From the NCBI RefSeq assembly GCF_049060185.1, contig NZ_JBMEQO010000002.1: DNA of 64,000 bases; one strand, given 5' to 3'. Every line of letters begins with the position of its first letter. Position 1 is the stretch's first letter. The notes under the pieces are model-generated. The model was not told the DNA's origin. It saw nothing but the letters and a program-made list of their open reading frames with translations, and searched no databases. A program made the position numbers and the translations under genes. Origin of the DNA: Nannocystis pusilla (GTDB lineage: Bacteria > Myxococcota_A > Polyangia > Nannocystales > Nannocystaceae). Below, piece by piece: positions 1-12,452 of the stretch.

Positions 1-59
1 CGCCGCGGACCAGCCGGCCCAGCCCGCGCCGCAGCGCCCGTCGGCTGTCCTTCAGTCAT
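1..59 (-). CDS. 5' end of an ORF downstream of trpG (possibly trpD); runs off the window
   Basis: An ATG at 59-57 overlaps the trpG TGA at 58-56 (ATGA). It reads [18 protein letters not shown]. Only 59 nt are visible, so no family assignment is possible. Confidence 0.25.
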   Translation of the reverse strand, partial: MTEGQPTGAAARAGPAGPR

Positions 60-762
60 GTCGTCACCGCCATGTTCGAAGGGACAGGTATCTCGAGGAA
101 GTTGCGCAGCATCGCGTGGCCGTGCTCGCTGAGCACCGACTCGGGGTGGAACTGGACCCCGTGCAGCGGCCGCGTCGCGTGGCGCACGCCCATCAGCTCG
201 CCGGCGTCCGTGCGCGCGTTGGGGATCAGCGAAGCCGGCAGCGTGCTCTCGACCGCGACCAGGCTGTGGTAGCGCGTGGCCATGAACGGCGACGGCAGCC
301 CGGCGAACACCCCCGTGGCGTCGTGCAGCATCGGCGACAGCTTGCCGTGCATGATCCGCCCGGCCCGCTCGACCCGCGCGCCCAGCACCTCGCACAGCGT
401 CTGGTGGCCGAGGCACACCCCGAGCACCGGGATCGCCGGCGCGTCGGCCTCGGCCAGCCGGCGGCACAGGTCCTGGCACACCCCGCTCTCGGACGGCGTA
501 CCTGGCCCGGGGACAGGACGATGTGGCTCGGCGCGTCGGCCAGCACCTGCTCGAGCTTGACCGCGTCGTTGCGGTGGACATCGACCACCGCGCCGAGCTG
601 CAGCAGGTACTGCACCAGGTTGAAGGTGAACGAGTCGTAGTTGTCGATCACCAGCACGCGGCAGCCGGGCCGCGACGCGCCGGCGGGTCGCAGGCGCTGG
701 CCGCCCGGCAGCGGCGGGGCCGCGGCGACCGCCGTGACCGCGGAGTTGTCGTTCGCGCTCAC
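56..762 (-). CDS. trpG: Anthranilate synthase component II / glutamine amidotransferase (TrpG/PabA); one frameshift near 505
   Basis: [24 protein letters not shown] and HSL..FHPES are class-I GATase motifs. The GTG start at 762 follows an AGGAGG RBS and overlaps the trpE TGA (GTGA). The frames of ORFs 226..825 and 56..769 join by a 1-nt indel in a C-run near 505 ([11 protein letters not shown]). Confidence 0.85.
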
Positions 763-2371
763 GCTGCACCTCCTTCGGCCGCCGCCGCGATCGCGCGCAG
801 CACCGCGCTCGCCTTGACGTGGCACTCGTTGTCCTCGCCCTCCGGCGACGAGTCGTACACGACCCCCGCGCCGGCCTGGACCCGGAACTCCTCGCCGACG
901 GCGACCAGCGAGCGGATGCAGATGGCGAAGTCGGCCCCGCCGTCGTAGCCGAGGTAGCCGACCGCGCCGCCGTACCAGCCGCGCGGCGCCGGCTCGAGCG
1001 CGTCGATGATCTGCAGCGCGCGGATCTTCGGCGCCCCGCTCAGCGTCCCGGCCGGGAACGTCGCGCGCAGGGCGTCGAGCGCCGTCAGCTCCGGCCGCAG
1101 CTCGCCCTGCACCTCGCTGACGATGTGCATCACCCGGCTGTAGCGCTCGATCGAGAACGACTCCGACACGCGCACGCTGCCGGCCACGCTGACGCGCCCG
1201 AGGTCGTTGCGCCCGAGGTCGACCAGCATGAGATGCTCGGCGCGCTCCTTCGGATCGGCCAGCAGCTCGCTGGCCAGCGCCTCGTCCTCGACCGCATCGA
1301 CGCCGCGCCGCCGCGTGCCCGCGATCGGCCGCACCGTCACGCGCAGGCCCGACTGCGGGGCCGTCTCGCTGCTCGAGGCCCCGTCACCGCCGGCGCCAGC
1401 GCGTCGCGGTCGCAGCGGACCAGCACCTCGGGCGACGCACCCGTCAACGCCGCCGCCGGCAGGTCGAACAAGTACATGTACGGCGCCGGGTTGCCGACCC
1501 GCAGCATGCGATAGACGTCGAGCAGGTCGACCCCGTCGCGCCGGCTGACGAACCGCTGCGACAGCACGACCTGGAAGATGTCGCCGGCCATGATGTGCTC
1601 GCGCGCGGCCGCGATCGACGCGCGGTACTTCTCGCGCGACCACGGCGCCGCCACCTCGGTCGCCGGCGGCGCGATGTCCGGCACCCGCCGCGGCCCCAGC
1701 ACCGAGGGTCCGTGCAGCGCCCGCGCCACCGCGTCGACGCGGGCCCGCGCGGCCGCCTCCGCCGCCTCCGCCCCGCCCTCGCTCTCGGCGCACGCGGTCG
1801 CCAGCACGCGCACGCGGTTCGAGAAGTTGTCGAACACCACCAGAGTGTCGCTCGCCACCAGCTCGACCGCCGGCAGATCGCTCGACATGACCGAAAGGCC
1901 AGGTACGGCCGGGATCGGATCGAACACCCGCGCCGCGTCGTGGCCCCACACGCCGACCAGGCCGCCCCAGAAGCGCGGCAGATCGGGCCGCGGCGGGCTC
2001 TCGTAGGCCCGCTGCAGCGCGGCGATGCCGGCCAGGCCGCGGCTCCGGGTCTCGACCCCGGGCGGCAGCGAGAAGCCGGGCCCCGGGGTGATCGTCACGT
2101 CGAGGTCGTAGCCGTTCCACACCCCGCGCACGTGGGCCCGCGCGCCGACGCCGACCACGCTGTAGCGGGCCCACCGCTCGCCGGCCCCGCCCGCGCTCTC
2201 GAGCAGGAAGCTGACGCCCGGCAGGTCGGGCGGCCCCGAGCCGCCGCCGCGCGCGTAGGCCCGCAAGCGGGCGTAGACCTCGACGGGGGTGATGCCGTCG
2301 CACAGCAGCTCGCGCCACACCGGCACCAGCCGCGGCGACGCCGGCTCAATCAAGGGCGGGCCCGCGATCAT
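759..2371 (-). CDS. trpE: Anthranilate synthase component I (TrpE); frameshift near 1390
   Basis: The N-terminal part (ORF 1337..3181 from [21 protein letters not shown]) joins the C-terminal part (ORF 759..2318: [34 protein letters not shown]). These are chorismate-binding enzyme motifs. The ATG is at 2371. Confidence 0.85.
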
Positions 2372-2523
2372 GCCGTCAAGGATACACCGCGTCGGCCGAC
2401 GCGATCGACGGCGTAGATCGAGCTCCGAGGTAGGACACGCGTCCGCCCCGGCGGGACGCGTCGCGCGGCCGCGCATCGGAGCCTGTCCGCTCGCGCAGCC
2501 GCCGAGGTCCGCCCGCGCCGACG

Positions 2524-3159
2524 CTAACGGCGCCGGAGGTTCGCGCCGGAGTCGGTGTCGACGACCCGGACGTTGCCGAGCGTGTACCCCGCGGACGCCG
2601 TCGTCGAGGTGTCGAAGCGGACGCTGCCCGACACCACCGCGGTGCCGGTGGCGTCGACGAAGGCGTAGTTGACGATCAGGCTGTTGTCGGTCGCCGTGCC
2701 GACGGCCTGATTCACGACGTAGCCGGCCTCGGCCTTGGCCCGGATGTCGATCTTGGCCACGTTGTCGACCACCTGGACCCGCGAGTTGTTGACCGCCTGC
2801 CGCCACACCCGCTCGAAGGTGTCGTCGGCCGGGTCGAGCAGGGTCACGGTGCCGGTGGTGGCCGTCGGATCGGAGGTCTGGCGGGCCGTCTTGGTCACCG
2901 TCGCCGGCACGTCGGGGCACGGGTTGCCGACCAGCTTGATGGTGAGGGCGCCGACGTTCGCGCCGCCGACGTTGAGGAAGGACATCTTGAACTTGGTCTG
3001 CTCCTCGGGATCGCTCGAACTCTCGTCCTCCCATACGGTCGTCGTCCCGGTCAGCGCGGTCGTGAACGACGCGTTCAGGTCGATGTCGAGGTTGGCCACG
3101 GGCCCCGCCGCGACCCCCGTCTTCAGGACCAGATCTCGCCTCAGCTTCGGTGTCGGCAT
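2524..3159 (-). CDS. Hypothetical protein (Thr/Val-rich, ~211 aa)
   Basis: The ORF runs from MPTPKLRRDLVLKTG to the stop at 2524. It has no recognisable motifs. Its codon usage matches the locus. Confidence 0.5.
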   Translation of the reverse strand: MPTPKLRRDLVLKTGVAAGPVANLDIDLNASFTTALTGTTTVWEDESSSDPEEQTKFKMSFLNVGGANVGALTIKLVGNPCPDVPATVTKTARQTSDPTATTGTVTLLDPADDTFERVWRQAVNNSRVQVVDNVAKIDIRAKAEAGYVVNQAVGTATDNSLIVNYAFVDATGTAVVSGSVRFDTSTTASAGYTLGNVRVVDTDSGANLRRR

Positions 3160-3400
3160 GCTGTCTCTCGCCCGGGCGCAAGTTGCCCGGATCCCCCGGC
3201 GAATGAGCGTAGCCCGGGCGGCCAATGGATCAGTCGCAGGTACATACAAACACGTTACATCGCGCGCGTCGGCGCGCCGGCCAGGATCGCTCGCGCGGGT
3301 GCGCCCGATTGCGACGATGTAAGGCGAACCATCGGCCATGTCCGCATGAACATGGCCGAAAGGTCATCTCAAGAGAGAACCTGCCCGCGCCTGCGCCGCT

Positions 3401-6388
<2,988 letters not shown>

Positions 6389-6581
6389 GGGCCGGCGGCG
6401 TTGTGGGCCTGGAGGCGTGCGGCGCCCCTGTTTGCAGGGAGCGGCTGCAGCGCCGCCGCTGCGGGACGCGAAACGGCATTCGCCGTCCGGGCCTGCGGCG
6501 AACTCGGGGCCGCGTCGGGACCCGGCCGACGCGGCGCGCCGGGCTTGACTCCGCGGCCCTTCGAGCAGGAAAACCTCGGGC

Positions 6582-7839
6582 GTGCACGCCCGCGATCCCG
6601 AGCTCTCCGCCGCCGACCCCGAGATCTTCGCGCTGATCGAGCAGGAAGACGCGCGCCAGCGCGACAGCCTGCGCCTCATCGCCAGCGAGAATACGTGTCG
6701 AAGGCCGTGCTCGCCGCGACCGGCACCAGCCTCACCAACAAGTACGCCGAGGGCTACCCGGGCAAGCGCTACTACGAGGGCATGGACTTCGTCGACCCGA
6801 TCGAGTCCCTCGCCATCGCCCGCGCGCGCGAGCTGTTCGGGGCCGATCACGCCAACGTCCAGCCCTACAGCGGCTCGCCGGCCAACCTGGCCGCGCTGCT
6901 CGCCCTGTGCCAGACCGGCGACACCATCATGGGGCTGGCTCTCCCCGCGGGCGGTCACCTCACCCACGGCTGGAAGGTCAGCGCCACCGGCATCTACTAC
7001 AAGGCCGTCCAGTACGGCGTCCGCCGCGACGACCACCGCATCGACCTCGACGAGGTCCGCAGCCTCGCGCTCGCCAACCGGCCCAAGCTCATCTGGGTCG
7101 GTCACTCGGCCTACCCGCGTCAGCTCGACTTCGCCGGCTTCGCCGCGATCGCGCGCGAGGTCGGGGCCTACCTCGCGGCCGACATCGCGCACATCGCCGG
7201 CCTCGTCGCCGGCGGCGCGCACCCGAGCCCCGTGCCGCACGCCGACGTCGTCACCACCACCACGCACAAGACGCTCCGCGGCCCGCGCGGGGCCTCATCC
7301 TCAGCAAGGCCCAGCACGCGGCCGCGATCGACAAGGCGGTGTTCCCCGGCCTGCAGGGCGGCCCGCACTGCCACACCACCGCCGCCAAGGCCGTCGCCTT
7401 CCGCGAGGCGCTGCAGCCGAGCTTCCGCGACTACGCCCACCAGATCGTCGCCAACGCCCAGGCCCTCGCCGAAGCCCTGATCGCCCGCGGCCACGTCCTC
7501 GTGTCGGGCGGCACCGACAACCACCTGCTGCTCCTCGATCTCACGCCCACCGGCCAGGGCGGCCGCCACGTCGCCCGCGTGCTCAACCGCTGCGGCATCG
7601 AGCTCAACGCCAACGCCATCCCGTTCGACCCGCGCAAGCCGTTCGATCCCTCGGGCCTGCGCATCGGCCTGGCCGCCATCACCTCGCGCGGCATCGAGAC
7701 CCATCACATGCCGGTCGTCGCCGACCTCATCGCCGACGGCATCGCCCTCGCCGTCGAGAACGCCGACGAGGCCCGCTGCGAGGTCCACCGCGGCCGCGTG
7801 CGCGAGTTCCTGCGCGCCTTCCCGGCGCCCGGCCTCTGA
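6582..7839 (+). CDS. glyA: Serine hydroxymethyltransferase; two frameshifts (~6690, ~7285)
   Basis: The three frames join through [18 protein letters not shown], then [28 protein letters not shown], then [14 protein letters not shown] and [10 protein letters not shown]. The GTG start is at 6582. Confidence 0.88.
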
Positions 7840-7863
7840 TCGGCCGCGCCGCCCTCGCCGTCA

Positions 7864-9043
7864 TGCAGCCGTACCCCATCACCGCCATGGCCCTGTGCAA
7901 CGGCATGGGCGACAGCACCGCCGCCGTGCTCGCCGCCTTGCGTGCCGGTCGCTCCGGCCTCGGCCCGTGCCCCGCCGAGTTCGAGCTCGACGCCGTCGTC
8001 GGCGCCATCCCGACCCCGCTGCCGCCGCTGCCCGGCTTCCTCGGCACGGTCCGCGACACCCGGCAGGCGCGGATCGCCGCGGTCGCCCTGGCCGAGCTGC
8101 AGGCCCCGCTGGACCGCGCGCGCGCCCGCTGGGGCTCGGACCGCGTCGCCATCGTCCTCGGCACCAGCACCGGCGGCATCGAGGCCAGCGAGACCGCCTA
8201 CGCGCACGCGCAGGCCCACGGCGGCGCCCTCCCGGCCGACTACGACGTCGAGACCTCGCACGCCCTCGACGCAGTCCTGCACGTCGCTCGCGTCCTCGGC
8301 GGCGGCCTCGGCGGCCCGGCCTACGTCGTCTCGACCGCCTGCTCCTCCTCCGCCAAGGTGTTCGCCTCGGCCCAGCGATTGCTGGCCGCCGGCCTGTGCG
8401 ACGCGGTCCTGCTCGGCGGCGTCGACAGCCTGTGCCGCCTCACCGTGCGCGGCTTCGCCGGCCTCGAGGTCCTGTCCTCGCGGCCATGTCGCCCGTTCTC
8501 GAGCGAGCGGGCCGGCATCAACATCGGCGAGGGCGCCGCGCTGCTCCTGGTCGAACGGACAGGTGACGGCCCGGCCCGCCTGCTCGGCGTCGGCGAGAGC
8601 TCCGACGCCTACCACATGACGAGCCCGCACCCCGAGGGCCTCGGCGCGCGCATGGCGATGGAGCGCGCGCTCCGGCACGCGGGCCTCGGCGCCGCCGACG
8701 TCGACCACGTCAACGCCCACGGCACCGGCACCAAGCAGAACGACAGCATGGAGAGCGCGGCGATCCGGGCGGTGTTCGCCGGCGCCCCGCGCCCGCGGTG
8801 GTCGCCACCAAGGGCTACACCGGGCACATGCTCGGAGCCGCGGGCGCCACCGAGGTCGCCTTCGTCGTCGACGCCATCGCCGGCGGCTACCTGCCCGCCA
8901 GCGTCGGCGCCGATCCGCTCGACGACACCCTCGCGATCGACGTGGTCACCGCCCGCCGCGACGTCCCCACCCGCGCCGCGCTCAGCAACTCGTTCGCGTT
9001 CGGCGGCAGCAACTGCAGCGTCCTCGTCGGAGGCCCGGCATGA
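7864..9043 (+). CDS. Beta-ketoacyl-ACP synthase (FabF/FabB-like KS); frameshift near 8790
   Basis: Motifs are VVSTACSSS (active-site Cys), HMTSPHPEG, NAHGTGT, GYTGHMLGAAG and SNSFAFGGSNCSVLV. The TGA at 9041-9043 lies inside the first copy of an 18-bp direct repeat. Confidence 0.85.
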
Positions 9044-9139
9044 GCGCCTGCGCTTCCGGACATGTTCATCGGGACATGTCCCGATGTTCATCCTCCCCGC
9101 TGCCCGCCGCCCGCACCTTCCGAGGCCCGGCATGAGCGC
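9030..9139. mobile_element. 74-bp palindromic MITE/REP-like insert (9048-9121) flanked by a perfect 18-bp direct repeat GAGGCCCGGCATGAGCGC (9030-9047 and 9122-9139)
   Basis: The direct repeat is exact. Copy 1 carries the KS stop (TGA). Copy 2 carries the CLF ATG. The insert contains GGACATGTTC-atc-GGGACATGTCCC-GATGTTCATCC. Confidence 0.7.
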
Positions 9140-9935
9140 GCTCGCCTTCACCGTCCGCGGCCTCGGCTTCTGGACCCCCGGCTACCCCGACCTCGCCGCT
9201 TGGCGGGCCCGGCCCGACACCTGGCCCGAAAGCCAGGCCCCTCCGACCGAGCCGGCCGCCCCCAAGGCCGAGCTGCTGCCGCCGATGATGCGCCGGCGCA
9301 CCAGCCTGCTCACCCGCATGGCCGCCGAGGTCGCAGCCCAGGCGCTGCAGGACGGCGGCCTCGACCGGGCCGCGGCCACCCTCGTGTACGGCTCCGTCTA
9401 CGGCGAGATCCGCACCACCCTCGACCTCCTCGCCGCCTTGCTCGTCGCCGGCGAGCCGCTGTCGCCGACCAAGTTCCACAACAGCGTCCACAACACGGCG
9501 GCCGGCTACGTCTCGATCGCCACCGGCAACCGGGCCGGCAACGCCGCGCTGTCGGCCGGCCGCAGCACCCTCGCCATGGGCCTCGTCGAGTGCGCCGCCC
9601 TCGTGGCCGCCGGCGAGGGCGACGTCGTGCTCGTGATCGCCGAGGAGCCGCTGCCCGAGCCGCTGGCCGCCGGCCGCCGCTGGGACCCGTTCGCCGCCGC
9701 CTTCGCCCTGTCGGCGCCTGTCCCCGGCGACATGCCCGTGAGGACATGTCGCCTCGAACATGGCGCGAATGACATGCTCCCCGCGCCACGCCCGCTCCCG
9801 GCCGCCCTGGCCGCCAACCCCTGCGCCGCCGCGCTCGCGCTGATCGAGGCGCTGGCCGCCGGCGCCCCGGCGCGGATCGCCCTCGAGCCGCACCTCGCGA
9901 GCGGCTGGCAGTGCACGCTCGGAGCCGGGGCATGA
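9132..9935 (+). CDS. KS-like chain-length-factor type protein (beta-ketoacyl synthase N-domain, no active-site Cys seen)
   Basis: It reads MSALAFTVRGLGFWTPGY...TKFHNSVHNTAAGYVSIA. This is typical of the KS partner (CLF) in aryl-polyene/type II systems. Its stop overlaps the DH start (ATGA). It carries an internal GDMPVRTCRLEHGANDML stretch that coincides with a palindromic element. Confidence 0.7.
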   Translation: MSALAFTVRGLGFWTPGYPDLAAWRARPDTWPESQAPPTEPAAPKAELLPPMMRRRTSLLTRMAAEVAAQALQDGGLDRAAATLVYGSVYGEIRTTLDLLAALLVAGEPLSPTKFHNSVHNTAAGYVSIATGNRAGNAALSAGRSTLAMGLVECAALVAAGEGDVVLVIAEEPLPEPLAAGRRWDPFAAAFALSAPVPGDMPVRTCRLEHGANDMLPAPRPLPAALAANPCAAALALIEALAAGAPARIALEPHLASGWQCTLGAGA

Positions 9936-10379
9936 CCGCCGCCTTCCCGCCGGTGGCCGAGTTGGTCCCGCAGCGCCCGCCGATGCTCCTGCTCGACGAG
10001 GTCGTGGCCGCGGGCGACGACGGCATCACCTGCGCCGCAGTGGTCCGCCCCGACAACCTGTTCGTCGTCGACGGCCGGGTCCACGCCTCGGTCCTGCTCG
10101 AGTACATGGCCCAGGCGATCGCCGCGTTCGCCGGCCTGCGCGCGCGCCGACCATCAGCCGCCCGCGCTCGGCCTCATCGCCGCCTGTCGCAACCTCGAGC
10201 TGCACGCCGAGCACCTCGCCGTCGGCGACCCGCTGCAGATCGTCGCCACCCGCGTGTTCGCCGGCGCCATGGCCGAGTACCGCGCCGCGGTCACGCGCCG
10301 CGGCCAGCCGCTGGCCGAGGCCGTGCTCTCCGTCGTCCCCACCGCCCCACCCAGCACCTCCGCAGGGAGCCCCGCATGA
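9932..10379 (+). CDS. Hotdog-fold 3-hydroxyacyl-ACP dehydratase (ApeI/FabA/Z-like); frameshift near 10145
   Basis: It reads PMLLLDEVV...ITCAAVVRPDNLFVVDGRVHASVLLEYMAQAIAAF. After a frame switch it continues LGLIAACRNLELHAEHLAVGDPLQIV. Its stop overlaps the KR ATG. Confidence 0.65.
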
Positions 10380-11097
10380 AGCCACGCGCGCTCGTCACCG
10401 GCGCCAGTCGAGGATCGGCGCCGCGATCGCCGAGGCCCTCGCGGCCGTCGGCCACCCCATCATCCTCAACTACCGCAGCGACGACGCGGCCGCCGAGGCC
10501 GTCGCCGCCCGGATCCGCGCCGCCGGCGGCGAGGTCGTCCTCAGTCGCTTCGACGTCGGCGACGACGCGGCCGCCGACGCGGCGATGAACACCATCCTCG
10601 CCGACCCGCGGCCGCTCGGGGTCCTCGTCAACAACGCCGGGATCGCCCGCGACGCCCCGTTCCCCGCGCTCGAGCGGGCCGACTGGGAAGCTGTCCTTCG
10701 GACCAGCCTGGGCGGCTTCTACAACGTGACCCGCCCGGTGATCATGCCGATGGTGCGGCGCAAATGGGGCCGGATCATCACCATGAGCTCCGTCTCGGCC
10801 CAGCTCGGCAACCGCGGGCAGGTCGCCTACGCCGCGGCCAAGGCCGGCGTCATCGGCGCGACCAAATCACTGGCGCTCGAGCTCGCCCGCAAGGGCGTCA
10901 CCGTCAACGCGGTCTCCCCCGGCCTCGTCGACACCGACATGATCAAGGACGTCCCGCTCGACCACGTGATGCCGCGGATCCCGGCGCAGCGGCTCGGCAC
11001 CGCCCCCGAGGTCGCCGCGCTGGTCGCGTTCCTCGCCAGCGACGCCGCCGCGTACATCACCGGTCAGGTGATCGGCATCAACGGCGGCATGGTATGA
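10376..11097 (+). CDS. fabG: 3-oxoacyl-ACP reductase (FabG-like SDR); frameshift just after start (~10405)
   Basis: It reads MKPRALVTGASRG[IG], then NNAGIARD, then S..YAAAKAG, then PGLVDTDM and ITGQVIGINGG. These are classic SDR motifs. Confidence 0.8.
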
Positions 11098-11104
11098 CCC
11101 GGCC

Positions 11105-12304
11105 ATGCACGACGTCCTGATCGTCGGGGCCGGCCCGGCCGGATCGACCGCCGCCAACTTGCTCGCGCAGGCGGGCGTCCGGGCCGTCACGCTCGACAAG
11201 GACGTGTTCCCGCGCTTCCACATCGGCGAGTCGCTGCTGCCGATCGACCTGCCGATCTTCGCCCGCCTCGGCGTCGCCATGGATCGCACGAGCTGGCAGT
11301 TCAAGCAGGGCGCCGAGTTCATCGACGAGCGCACCGGCGAGTTCGCCTTCTTCAGCTTCGCCGACGGCCTCGAGGGCACGCCTCCGCATGCCTGGCAGGT
11401 CGACCGCGCCGCCTTCGACACCATGCTGTGCGACGTGGCGAAGAGCCGCGGCGCCGACATCCGCTTCGGCGAGCGCGTGCGCGACATCGAGTTCGCCGAC
11501 GATCACGTCCGCGTCGTCACCGACCGCGAGGAGCACCGGGCCCGCTTCCTCCTCGACTGCACCGGCCAGGACGCCATGCTCGGCCGCGGCGCCCGCACCA
11601 TCGCCCCGCTGCACGAGCTCGGGCGCGCCGCCGTCTTCTGCCACTTCGACAACCTCTCGCCCGAGGTCCGCGCCGAGCTCGGCGAGCAGGGCAACATCAA
11701 GGTGCTGATCGTCGAGGACGGCTGGCACTGGCTCATCCCCATGCACGGCGGTCGGCTCAGCGTCGGCCTCGTGAAGTGGCGCGGCAAGCTCGACGACGAC
11801 GCCTTCGAGGCCGCCCTGGTCGCCTCGCCGTTGTGCCGCCGGCTCACCGCCGGGGCCACCCGCAGCGCCTCGCGGACGATCCGCAACTGGAGCTACAAGA
11901 ACACTCGCCCCTCCGGCCCGCGCTGGGCCTGCGTCGGCGACGCCTGCGCATTCCTCGATCCCGTGTTCTCCTCGGGCGTCTCGCTGGCGATGCTGGGCGC
12001 CGAACGCACCGTCGACCTCCTCGTCCCGGCGCTCGCCGAGGGCCGCGAGGCTGCGGCCGATCTCATGGCCCCGGTCCACGCCACCATGCAGGTCGCCTAC
12101 GACAGCTTCGAGCAGCTGATCCGCCGCTTCTATCACACGCGCCTCGTGTCGCACCTGTTCTTCGCCCGCACGCCCGACCCCCGGCTGCGGCGCGGCCTCA
12201 TCAGCATGCTCGCGGGCGACGTCTGGCGCGACGACAATCCGTTCCAGGACATGCTGCGAAGCTCTCGAGTGCAGCCGCAGCGGGTCACCGCCCCGAGCGA
12301 GTGA
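11105..12304 (+). CDS. Flavin-dependent halogenase (tryptophan-halogenase family)
   Basis: It has the FAD-binding motif GAGPAGS and the halogenase signature EDGWHWLIPMHGG (WxWxIP). The ORF is intact. Confidence 0.8.
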   Translation: MHDVLIVGAGPAGSTAANLLAQAGVRAVTLDKDVFPRFHIGESLLPIDLPIFARLGVAMDRTSWQFKQGAEFIDERTGEFAFFSFADGLEGTPPHAWQVDRAAFDTMLCDVAKSRGADIRFGERVRDIEFADDHVRVVTDREEHRARFLLDCTGQDAMLGRGARTIAPLHELGRAAVFCHFDNLSPEVRAELGEQGNIKVLIVEDGWHWLIPMHGGRLSVGLVKWRGKLDDDAFEAALVASPLCRRLTAGATRSASRTIRNWSYKNTRPSGPRWACVGDACAFLDPVFSSGVSLAMLGAERTVDLLVPALAEGREAAADLMAPVHATMQVAYDSFEQLIRRFYHTRLVSHLFFARTPDPRLRRGLISMLAGDVWRDDNPFQDMLRSSRVQPQRVTAPSE

Positions 12305-12395
12305 CTGCAAGCTTTGTAAGCTAGATCGCAATCTGGTCACTCGTCGCCTCCCCGACCTCCGCGAACGGCCGAGGCCGGCGCCCGGTGGTTGCGTG

Positions 12396-12407
12396 TGCAA
12401 CGTTGCA
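12396..12407. promoter_or_regulatory. Perfect 12-bp palindrome TGCAACGTTGCA 45 bp upstream of the lipoprotein start (candidate operator)
   Basis: The sequence is an exact inverted repeat inside the only AT-rich intergenic stretch here. Confidence 0.3.
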
Positions 12408-12452
12408 TTGCCCGCTCCCATTGTTCCCTCATCGGCGTCGGGAACGAGTCGC

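Noticed and set aside
6582-9935. A 1117-aa plus-strand ORF
   Set aside because: It is a concatenation of the glyA N-terminus, an out-of-frame middle, the KS gene and the CLF gene in one uninterrupted frame. I decomposed it into separate genes using motifs and overlaps.
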